Below are positions 36,382 through 48,924 of a stretch of DNA of 64,000 bases, piece by piece; the stretch's first letter is position 1; each line of letters starts with the position of its first letter. A program made the translations under genes and the position numbers. Under the pieces are notes generated by a model. The model saw only the letters and a list, made by a program, of their open reading frames with translations. It did no database searches and was not told the DNA's origin. Source of the stretch: Entomortierella parvispora E1425 (lineage: Eukaryota > Fungi > Mortierellomycota); NCBI GenBank assembly GCA_020891255.1, contig BQFW01000012.1, forward strand, positions 124,001-188,000. The letters run 5' to 3'.

Positions 36382-37126
36382 ATGACCAGTCTATTGAATG
36401 CAGACTGCCGCATCAAGTAATGGACTGCTCCACAGCACATGCACTCTGAGGAGAAAAGAAGAAAGAAAGCTTCTTGTCATCACCATGCATTCTCTTCATT
36501 TCAGCACTGACACCATCTCACGCTTCTTGTTGCTTGTTTCAACACCCACTTCCTTGTCTGTAGAGTGAGTTCCGTCCTCAACAGGGAAACTACGCTCTAT
36601 GGAAAGCAGTTCCTGACCGATGGCAGCGACGAAACCTGCTGGAACTCTGAGGCGGTAATTACTCTCTCCCTCTCTCTCTTTCCCTCTTACCTCTTTCATT
36701 TTTTTTTTTTTTTTTTTTTTGACAGTTGCCACTGGATTGAGTATCTGATCTAACATTCAATGCATGCATGCTTCGACCCCACGCGTCCACTTCTGTCCTT
36801 TTCCATTGCCATCTCCACCTACCAAGGGTACACCTCAGTTCATTGTCGTTGATTTTGGGCGCGACGTCGTCATTGAGTCTGTCCTTCTCATGTTCCAAGG
36901 CGGATTTGTTGGAAAGACCTGCCAACTTCTTGCCTGGACAGCCGAGAGTACCTTTGAAGAGATTATGAAATTTTACCCCGAGGATATCAATCCAGCCCAG
37001 ACATTCCCTGTACCAGCAGCAGAATCAAGGACGACGTCTAGAGTCAAGATTGTATTCGAGTCGAGCACAGACTTTTTTGGTCGGATCACTGTCTACAAGC
37101 TGGATATCCTTGGACGCGATGCATAG
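36382..37126 (+). CDS. NR2C2AP: Nuclear receptor 2C2-associated protein-like (galactose-binding/F5-8 type fold)
   Basis: MTSLL...KVSSVLNRETTLYGKQFLTDGSDETCWNSEA|GTPQFIVVDF...FQGGFVG...FYPEDIN..QTF...VKIVFESSTDFFGRITVYKL. Divergent from RRP41 across ~350 bp. Confidence 0.85.
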
Positions 37127-37483
37127 AGAATAAAATATATCCTATAGAACGAGAGAAAGACCAAGAGCACTCGTTGGTAATGGCGATCGTGACTAAATGG
37201 ATGACAAGAAACCGTGCGTCTGTGCAACCTTGGCATTGTAGCCCGATTTGTCCATTTTGATTCTGGCTAATGCGAAAATTAAACATTTTTTGAGATCACG
37301 AAGCTTGGCGCAGACGCGTACAAGAGGCCGATCGAGTTTCTTGGAAAAACCCGCAGCGGGGGGTAAACATATAAAAGCCAAGAGGTTAGCGATTCCCTTT
37401 TCTCACATCATCACTTCACCTCAACAACCTTCTCAAGCAATACACTCTCAACTTCAAGCTACCTTTCCTTTCATATCTACATC

Positions 37484-38275
37484 ATGTCTGCGTCCACAAC
37501 TCAATTCATCGCCTTCTTCGGTGCCACTGGCGGCTGCACCAACGCCTGTCTGACCCACACTCTCCAAGCTGGCTTCCAAGCGACAGCCCTCGCCCGCACG
37601 CCTTCAAAACTCACCAACATGCTCCTTGAGCAGGGTCTCAGTCAGGCTGTCATCGACAGCCAATTGACGATTATCAAAGGAGATATCGCCAATATTGCGG
37701 CTATCAAGGCTGTGCTGACAAAGAACACTTTCGGAACCGACCATGTTCAAGTCGCTTCACAGATTATCTCCGGTGTAGGTGGTACACCCGTCCTCAACAA
37801 GTCAGTTACCAAGCCTGTGACGATCGACAACCCCGAGATCTGTGCACAAGCGACCAGGAACATTGTTCAGGCATTGACCGAGATCAAGGCTCATGACAGA
37901 CCCTCAATTACAGTAATCTCGACCACAGGGGTATCGGATGTCAAGGAGGATGTTCCGTTCTGGTTCCGGTTTCTTTACCACTACATGCTGGCAGATCCCC
38001 ATGTTGACAAGAAGGAGATGGAAAGGATTGTGACGGAGAACTCTTCCTCGACTGGAGTTTTCCGAGGATCTGTGATTATCCGACCCAGTCTTCTTGTAAG
38101 CGACCAGAACATCAAGAAAGGCAAGGGATGGAAGAAACTGCGAGTGGGCACTGAGGAGAATCCCGCGATTGGATACACAGTTGGACGACAAGACGTGGGC
38201 GAGTGGATCTTTGAGCAAGTCATCAAGACTGGCGGTGAGAGCCATTTTGGTCAAAGAATTACACTTACAAAGTAA
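37484..38275 (+). CDS. NAD(P)-binding Rossmann-fold protein, paralog C
   Basis: IAFFGATGGC motif. TATAAAA at ~37370. Intronless. Confidence 0.85.
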   Translation: MSASTTQFIAFFGATGGCTNACLTHTLQAGFQATALARTPSKLTNMLLEQGLSQAVIDSQLTIIKGDIANIAAIKAVLTKNTFGTDHVQVASQIISGVGGTPVLNKSVTKPVTIDNPEICAQATRNIVQALTEIKAHDRPSITVISTTGVSDVKEDVPFWFRFLYHYMLADPHVDKKEMERIVTENSSSTGVFRGSVIIRPSLLVSDQNIKKGKGWKKLRVGTEENPAIGYTVGRQDVGEWIFEQVIKTGGESHFGQRITLTK

Positions 38276-39099
38276 ACAGCGAGACTGAATGCCCTTCCTC
38301 TCTTTTGTTGCATATTCTCCGTCTTACTATAATAAATCCTTGCATACATTCTGAATAATACCAAACATTCTAAGCTACGTTTTGAAATATGATCTCGGGA
38401 CAATGAGCTGTTGCAAGAATTGCAAAGACTGAGTCGACTCCGTTCAATTAGTCAAGATAAGAAAGAGGTATCATGGATGCTGGCGACGGCAAAAATATGA
38501 TGTGGAGAGATTAGGGAGACGAGTGAGGTTGCACCTTCACTCCACAATTGCAAAAGTCAATCGAAGTTCAGAGCATGCAGAATATGAAATAGCAACTGGG
38601 AAGAATGATAACTCCCACGTTAGCGTAGGGCAACCACCGTAGGATCGATTGTAATGATGCCAGAGGCCTAGTGGATTAGAGCATTTCCCTGTTTTGCCTT
38701 GGATCTTCGTGAAGGTCGTAATTGCCACAACAAAGAAAGGGCTGAGGATTGCCGAAGGTTTGTGCGACCGACTCTTGGCCATTTTTATTTTAAAGCTAGT
38801 CGGGCTTGGCTCTTGCACAACCCAAAGAAATTGGACATTTACGGATCTCCACCACCTTCACAGCGTCATCGCTTGGCGAGAAGACGCGTAGAGGTGCTCG
38901 ATCGTGTCTTGGTAGCGGAGAAAATCGACCCGAGCGCATGACTTCCTTGAAATCCATAGAGCCTTTGGAACTAGCCAAGGCGCAGGGAAAAGTATAAGAA
39001 CCATTGTGCTAAACGCTCAGTCCTACTTTAAGCACTCGAACTCAGCACCAACATCATCAGCATCAAGCAACACAGGCAACCTTCCTCCCCTCTCCCAAA

Positions 39100-39897
39100 A
39101 TGACCACCTCAACCGACAACTCCCAATTCATCGCCTTTTTCGGTGCCACTGGTGGCTGCACCAACGCCTGTCTGACCCACACTCTCCAAGCTGGCTTCCA
39201 AGCGACAGCCCTCGCCCGCACGCCTTCAAAACTCACCAACATGCTCCTTGAGCAGGGTCTCAGTCAGGCTGTCATCGACAGCCAATTGACGATTATCAAA
39301 GGAGATATCGCCAATATTGCGGCTATCAAGGCTGTGCTGACAAAGAACACTTTCGGAACCGACCATGTTCAAGTCGCTTCACAGATTATCTCCGGTGTAG
39401 GTGGTACACCCGTCCTCAACAAGTCAGTTACCAAGCCTGTGACGATCGACAACCCCGAGATCTGTGCACAAGCGACCAGGAACATTGTTCAGGCATTGAC
39501 CGAGATCAAGGCTCATGACAGACCCTCAATTACAGTAATCTCGACCACAGGGGTATCGGATGTCAAGGAGGATGTTCCGTTCTGGTTCCGGTTTCTTTAC
39601 CACTACATGCTGGCAGATCCCCATGTTGACAAGAAGGAGATGGAAAGGATTGTGACGGAGAACTCTTCCTCGACTGGAGTTTTCCGAGGATCTGTGATTA
39701 TCCGACCCAGTCTTCTTGTAAGCGACCAGAACATCAAGAAAGGCAAGGGATGGAAGAAACTGCGAGTGGGCACTGAGGAGAATCCCGCGATTGGATACAC
39801 AGTTGGACGACAAGACGTGGGCGAGTGGATCTTTGAGCAAGTCATCAAGACTGGCGGTGAGAGTCATTTCGGTCAGAGGGTTACCATCACCAACTAG
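39100..39897 (+). CDS. NAD(P)-binding Rossmann-fold protein, paralog D
   Basis: Protein identical to paralog C except at the termini. Confidence 0.85.
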   Translation: MTTSTDNSQFIAFFGATGGCTNACLTHTLQAGFQATALARTPSKLTNMLLEQGLSQAVIDSQLTIIKGDIANIAAIKAVLTKNTFGTDHVQVASQIISGVGGTPVLNKSVTKPVTIDNPEICAQATRNIVQALTEIKAHDRPSITVISTTGVSDVKEDVPFWFRFLYHYMLADPHVDKKEMERIVTENSSSTGVFRGSVIIRPSLLVSDQNIKKGKGWKKLRVGTEENPAIGYTVGRQDVGEWIFEQVIKTGGESHFGQRVTITN

Positions 39898-39921
39898 CGG
39901 CCAAAGGAAAAGAAAAGAAGA

Positions 39922-39924
<3 letters not shown>

Positions 39925-39965
<41 letters not shown>
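39925..39965. repeat. (AAAG)n microsatellite
   Basis: Tetranucleotide run directly after the paralog D stop. Confidence 0.9.
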
Positions 39966-39966
<1 letters not shown>

Positions 39967-40300
39967 ATGCAATAAAAAGAAAAACGCGTCTTCCGCCTCT
40001 TCATTTTCCCAGAACCGGATTGCCTCGATCTCCGCGCAGTGGACACGTACTGCAATTGAGTTTCTTTTGCTGCGTTTCTTGGCTGTCTTTTCGTCCTTTC
40101 CGTTCCTTGGCTGAGGCGTCAACTCTTCATCTCTTCATCTATTCGCTTTCCTTCTTCTTTTTCTCTTTCTTCATCATCGCTTTCAGGAACACAGACACCA
40201 TCATAACATCGCCATCAGCCCCTGTCGACTCTACACAAAGGAGCCTCAAGAATAGAAGAAGACCTACCGCACCTTTTGATTTTGCCTCCACCTTCATTGC

Positions 40301-43118
40301 ATGCTTTCAATGAACTACGGTCAACAACCAAAGTCCGTCCTCGAGTCATATATCGGTAAATACGCCTACCTCAAAGACGACTCTCGGGTCATCGCCATGG
40401 AAGGAAGCATGAATGGCCCAGGGACTAACCATGTTGACCATTTCCCACATCTCATGGGAACAAAATATATGTTCGTGCAATGTAGAGCGCGCCTGCGACC
40501 CTTCGCGTTACGAACCCGACCTCGCCCTCAATCTCGAGATTTGCGATGTCATCAAGGAGAAGAAGAAGAACACGCAAGTGAATAATGAAAATGCATCACC
40601 CAAGCATCTCGACGAGCTGGAAGTCAATGGCAAATGAGAGGACTAACAACCAACCCCTGTTTTTTTCCCTTTTTTTCTTGGAAGCAGTGCCCGAGAGGCA
40701 GCCATCTATATCGTTCGTCTAGTAAACAACCGGAACATGCATGTTGCCATGTTGGCGTTGGCGGTAAGAGAGGAAGAGAGGAAGAAGGGATCCATCTTAT
40801 TCTTCATTGGCTGATCATTGTCGACGAAGATTCTGACAAGCTTGATACAAACACATATAGCTGCTCGACAACTGCGTTAAGAACTGCGGTTACCCCTTTC
40901 ACCTTCAAATCGCCACAAAGGAATTTTTGAACGAGCTCGTCCGAAAGTTCCCTGAGAGACCATTGGCCCTGCCCACACCCGCCCAGAACAGGATCTTGGA
41001 GATGATTCAGGAATGGTATCAGACCTTGTGCAAATCGTCGAGGTACAAGGAGGATCTGGTTCATATCAAGGACATGCACCGACTGTTGGCCTTCAAGGGA
41101 TATCGTTTCCCTCAACTCAAGGGCGATTCGGCGGCTGTCTTGAATCCTGTTGCTGTAAGGAATGGATCGATGTGCGAGTTGATCTAACCTGTGCAATTTG
41201 AATGTATTCCTGACCTGTTTTTTTTTCTCTCTCGATGCTTAATCTTAGTCTCTTAAATCACCTTCTGAGCTGGAGGAAGAGGATCGGGCGGCTCAGTCAG
41301 CAGTAAGTGTCACCGCACATCAAAAACTGAAGCTCAGAGGCAGACTGATCTAAACATTTATTTTTATTACTCGCTCTGTTAATAGAAACTGCAAGAATTA
41401 ATTCGTCGCGGTCGACCTGAAGACGTGTTGGCAGCAAACGAGCTGGTGAAGAAGATGACTGGATACGTAAGTGGATATCCGAATACAGGATGTCAGATCT
41501 TGATTATAAGAGAGGCGTTACTTAATTCCGTGGTTTGTGGCGCAATATAGGAGCAAGAAGAAAAACCAGATTATGAGGAGGAGGCGTCATCTGAACTGGA
41601 CAAGATTCAGCAAAAGGCTGTCTTGCTGACTGAAATGCTGAATGATGTCAAGCCAGGAGAGATTATTGGCCGAGGAGATATCTTTGAGGCAAGGCTACAT
41701 TCTATTTTTTTGAATGGCAATGACACGCAGACGCGATTTGGCTGTTGAGTTCTAACTGTATGCTGCCCTCTAACAACAGGAGCTGCTGGGTACTTGCAAG
41801 GCGGCTCAGCCAAAGATCCAAAAGTTTATTAATGAGGCCGGAGAAGATGAAGATATGGGTATGTATCACTGTAGTCGCGTTATCTCTCTGTTGTTCAATT
41901 GTATGTCTGACCCCCTTTGTTTTCTAGAGAAACTACTTGGAATCAACGACATCATCAACAATGTCATTGAGCAATACAGTCAGGTCAAGAAGGGCAATTT
42001 AGTTAAGGCTGCGATCCCTTCATTTGGTCAGGATCATAACGACAACAGCAATGGCTCCAACAATTCAAGTGCACCTGCACAACAGGCATCACTGATTGAC
42101 CTTGTCGATTTTGGAGGAGACGATAACTTAAGTCCACAGTCATCTATTCCTGTAGCATCGGCGCCAGCACCGACTACAACAGGTATGAGATTCCTTTGAC
42201 AGCTATTACCTGCATCAGAGGGTCAGGTGGTTGCAGTGAACTAATGATGTATATGTTTTGTATAGGTAACTTGATGGACGACCTGATGAGTCTCAACTTC
42301 AACGATGGACCACCACCAGCGTGGGGTGCAGCAGGAAGCATTAGTTTGGGACGATCCAACTCTCCTTCAGGATCCTCAGCCCATTCATCATCATCCAATA
42401 ACGCCATGAGCGGTGCTCCTCCTGGCTACAGTAGTAGTGCCAACAATATTTTTTCCATGGGTGGAAGTGGAATGTCCTCTGGAACTGGATCGCCTGCGTT
42501 CTCCAACAGCCCAATGATGCAAGCTGGAGCCTTGAGACCTTCTACCCCAGGCTATCAGCCTTATTCACAGAGTCAAAGCCAGCAACAGCAACAACAACAA
42601 CAACCTGCACCTGCCGCAGATAACTCATTTGGAGACTTTGATTTTGTGTCCAATACTGGAGCGTCAACAGGCCCCATATCAGGTATGTACCTAAAGAAGT
42701 GGCATTACTCGCACTCTTTGCATTGGACCTGCCCATCCTAACTGTCCCCCCTCCTCTCTCTCTCATAGTGGTGTTGCTCAATAAGAATGGACTGTTGGTC
42801 GAACTTGAAATCCTGTACCCGTCTGGAAACGCGAGTCTGATTGAAGCCAAGGCATCGTTCTCCAACTCATTGAACAGTGCCATGAACATGCTCACCTTCC
42901 GTATTGCGGTACCCAAGTCGTTGCAGTTGCAGCTCTCCCCTCAATCCGGTCAGACTGTGCAGGCTTTCTCCAAGAAATCTGTGACACAGGCAATGGAGAT
43001 CAAGAACCCTACGCTGCAGCAGCCTGTGCGGATGCGATACCATATTACATACGTGCTTGAAAGCACTGGAGTGACGATAGAGGAGCAGGGCGAGTTTAAC
43101 CAGTTCCCAACCGTGTAG
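40301..43118 (+). CDS. GGA: GGA-family clathrin adaptor (VHS-GAT-hinge-GAE), multi-exon
   Basis: VHS: LESYI|ERACDPSRYEPDLALNLEICD...LLDNCVKNCGYPFHLQIATKEFLNELVRKFPERP. GAT: KLQELIRRGRPEDVLAANELVKKMTG. GAE ear: FRIAVPKSLQLQLSPQSG...PVRMRYHITY. Confidence 0.9.
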
Positions 43119-43954
43119 AGATTCCCGATGTCCTATTGTCCAGACCCTTTGTGATTTGCAATAAAGAAGAAAAAAAAACCTGCCCTACCGTCGACTAGTG
43201 CGCGTCTTTTGATGGCGCAGAGCCAGGCCTATAACTCAAATCTCCCAGCGATGTGTTCAAGACGCGCTTGTGCGAGAAGAAAGGGTGAGAGACCAAACAG
43301 GCACACGGATACGGATGGAGACGCAATGGTCACCATGACGACAACACACCGTCTCGGCTCGGGGGAAGGGACCGAGCGAGCGCCGTAGCAGTGACCAAGC
43401 GAGTGACAGTGAAGTACAAGGCAAGGGAGATGGTCACAAAGCAGCAAAAGAAGATGCCATCGGCACGTGCGAATGTGGGGTTGAAGGCGGAGAAGCGCAT
43501 TTGACTTGACAAATGAGAATTCGAGAGCGAGGGAGCTCCTGTCTGCTGAAGGCGGACCCTGCTGCTATTTCATTGCCTCGGGGGTTTGACGCCGAAGGGG
43601 AGCGAGGAAGCGTGGGAGGAGAATCAAAGAGTCCGGAACCCATGGCGGCTCCTTATGAGTGAAGATGCCGATCGATCGATCCCTGTTTGTTTGCTCGGGT
43701 GAATGGGAAGGAAGAAGAAGAAGGGGGGATAGACATGCACCACACACAAAAGGGTGCGCACAAACAACGTTGTCGCTTTGTCTGCTGTCTGTCTTGCTTT
43801 CGGCTGCACGAGCACAAACACACAGTCTGCACATAAAAAAGGATCCGATCCAAAGCGACGTAACTCTTCTCTCCTCTTCTCTTCTCTTCTTCTTCAGTTC
43901 TCCACTCCACTCCACGTACTCCACACCTTCACCACCCCCACACTACTCTTCACA

Positions 43955-44882
43955 ATGTGTAAGTGATTGTGGTTCATTGTCTGCTTCATTGCCCTGCCTG
44001 GTCTTGCATGCATGCTTACTGGTGCACCACACGACAAGCACTTGGAGGCTGCGTCATCCGGCCTTTGCATGTCTGTCGCCACCCCTGAATGTCGCGAGCC
44101 GAGACGACATTACTGGACTCGAGAGCCAGACGACCAAGAGTAGCAGCGGTTGTTGTGCACAACTCGCCGCGCCACTGGCAACAGCAGGAAGCAAGGCTAG
44201 ACAGTTTTTCACCACTGTCAGACTTCGATACACCGGAGCAATTGACAAGCGGAACTTGCGACAAACGGGACGAACGACTTTTTTTGGTGTTTCAGACCAC
44301 AGGAACTCGTCAAGCCTCTCTTTTTTCTTTGGCAGTTGCTAATCCTAAATCACATGCTATCACGACAGCCATCAAGATCGACGGCTTCAAGTCCTCCGAG
44401 CTCCTCGCCCAGATCGAGGATCAGCTCAAGACCCTCCCCGAGGCTGAGCGCAAGGCCCAGGTCCAGAAGGTCAAGGGTGTCTTCCAGTTCAACGTCAAGA
44501 ACTCTGGCGGCAAAATTGGTATGTCATTTATTCTTTTTAGCCTCTCTGTCTTCACGTGTACGCACGCCCGCTGGTACATGTAGTTTCTTTTTTGTTCTTG
44601 CGCCTCAACCCTCCACACTTTTCTTGTATTCAATTAGGTACCTGGACTCTTGACTTGAAGAACGGCACTGGCTCCGTCGCCGTCGGCACCGTTGCTGGCC
44701 TCAAGCCCGATATCACTATCGACATCAGCGACCAGGACTTCATTGACTTGGCTGAGGGCAAGGCCAACGGCCAGAAGTTGTTCATGTCTGGAAAGATCAA
44801 GGCCAAGGGTGCCATCATGCTTGCTACCAAGCTCGACGCTGTCCTCAAGTCCAACAAGGACAAGGTCCAGGCCAAGCTGTAA
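43955..44882 (+). CDS. SCP2: SCP2 sterol/fatty-acid-binding protein (Pox18-like), peroxisomal (PTS1 -AKL)
   Basis: ATGT|gtaagt micro-exon. KVKGVFQFNVKN...TWTLDLKNG...KPDITIDISDQDFIDLAEGKANGQKLFMSGKIKAKG. Ends QAKL*. Confidence 0.9.
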
Positions 44883-45233
44883 ATCTTTCTGTCTCTTTCC
44901 CTTCCGTCAATAAACGGTTTTGTAATATAACTTTTTGAGGATCCAGGATCTCTTTCTGGTCAGTAACGCTGTGTACCCTGAAAAAGAATCGGGTGCGATT
45001 GTCATACCCATCTCCCATGGTTCTGTAGAATGGCCAGCAGTTAAACGGAGAGTATTTTTTCCAGGAGGGGCTGGGTTGCCTGAAGGGGGGCGATGGTGTG
45101 TGTGCCTACCTGCATCTTCTCCAGTAGTTTTCTCTCTCTCTTTTGTTTTCTCAACAACCGACCTCTTTGCTACCCATCCATCCATCCTTCCCCCACCTTT
45201 CCCTCCCAGCAATAATACCCACCCTCAACCTTG

Positions 45234-45860
45234 ATGTGTAAGTGCTGCACAGTTCCTTATTCAACGAGAAGACAGCAACAGAAACCTAGAAAAAATCTCA
45301 CAAGTTTTTTCTCTTTCATGAACTTTTTAGCCATCAACACATTCGAGTCTTCCCAGGTCGTTTTCGGGTGGAAAGAGCAACTTCAAACCTTCCTTTCTTC
45401 GAAGCAACGACAAGATCTAGTCAGAACGATCGATGCGATGTATATGTTCAATGTCAGGGAGAGAGACGGCAACGTTGGTAAGGAGGAAGCTGGCCCTTTT
45501 TTTTTGTCCCTGCTCCTTGTTTCCGCCTCCTGTGTCCAGACAAATTAAGAGTGTTCCCACGTAAAATCAATAGAGACCTGGCTTTTGGACTGCAAAACTG
45601 GACCCGATGTCATTCTGTCGCCTATCAAGAAGAGTTGGACGGGCAGTAACATTGTGGATGTCACTGTCGAGATCAGGGATTTCGACTTCAAGGACTTGCT
45701 CCAGAGAAAGGTCTCTGGACAAGATCTGTTTATCATGGGCCAGATTACGACCAAAGAAAGAGAGGGGCTGGGCTATTTGATGAGACTTGACGCTCTCCTG
45801 AAATCGTTGGCCAAGGCCACGAGTGGCAAGGGAGCAGGACTGGGAAAGCCCAAGTTGTAG
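45234..45860 (+). CDS. Divergent SCP2-domain paralog (ends -PKL)
   Basis: Same ATGT|gtaagt first exon and same phase-1 second intron as the upstream gene. MYMFNV...TWLLDCK...DVTVEIRDFDFKDLLQRKVSGQDLFIMGQI. Confidence 0.75.
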
Positions 45861-46722
45861 GAGAAAGGAGGCTGAGCAGAGCAATTGCAGCGAGACAAGA
45901 CAATAAAAAACACAATGAAAGCAAAAACGAGAGGAGGAGGCATGGTGATGCCCGGAGTGCCAGAGAGAGCAGAGGAGGCCAGGTGTGAAAAAAAGAAAAA
46001 AAAAAAAGAAGAACGGATGGTAGTCTCCATCCGAGGCTGGCACAACCTGCGGCCCAAACTGACCCCCGTGATCCACCAGACCGATCAGTGCTTCCACCAT
46101 TCCTGTTGATCCATTGCTGGCCTACAGTAGGCAGATATTCAATGGCCTCCTATGCACAGGACTACTCCCGTGATAGAATGCCAACACCAAGCTTCCGATG
46201 GGCGGTACGCCTAAGTAGCCACAAGCTGCGTGGACCCAACCTCAGGTAGATCCAGCATCCCGGTATCGGTCCAAACTAGACTTACAGTGGCTCGCTGACA
46301 GCCACCCGATTCAATAATTTATCGCTCTCCTTTTACATATTTATAGGCGTATTTTGTGGACAAGGAGCTCTTGCGGTACCAGAGGTGTTTTTGGTAAAAT
46401 GATTTCAATCGGCCCTCAAAGCAGCCACAGAAACGAAAAAAAAGGGCTGGGCTCGGACTGACCTCTGACTACCACCGAAATCCGAAAAATGATTCGAGTC
46501 AGAAAAAAAAAAAGCGGTGAATCACTGCAAAGATTCGGATCATGTCATCTCTCGCACAACGGCCGTGTAAACACAATAATGTTTCGGTCCGTTCGTCCGG
46601 TGTTCTTTATCTAGGACGTGATCGTTCTCACTTCTTTCCTTCTTTCTTCTCTCTCTTCTTCTTCACCCAACTACTCTCCACACTCACTTTATATCCTTCG
46701 CAAACACACACACATACACAGC

Positions 46723-48614
<1,892 letters not shown>

Positions 48615-48924
48615 AATGGTTCTCTTTTCTGTTTGCGTCGTCCTCCTGTCTTTGTCCAGCATACACACCATATACTTTTATCACCCTACACTTGTAATAA
48701 AACCAATAACTTGACTACATTCAACGAAACGTACGCACACAAACGGGTGGGAACCACGATCCGTGAGTTTAGTCCGAGACAGAGGAATGGACAATCACTC
48801 CCTTTCCCTCATTCAAATTTGCACCAAATATTTGTGAAAAGGAAAAACAGGGGGTATATCATCCTATTTTTTTTTGTCTCTTGTCCAGCAAGCCCTTTTC
48901 CGACACAGTTTATACATACACATC

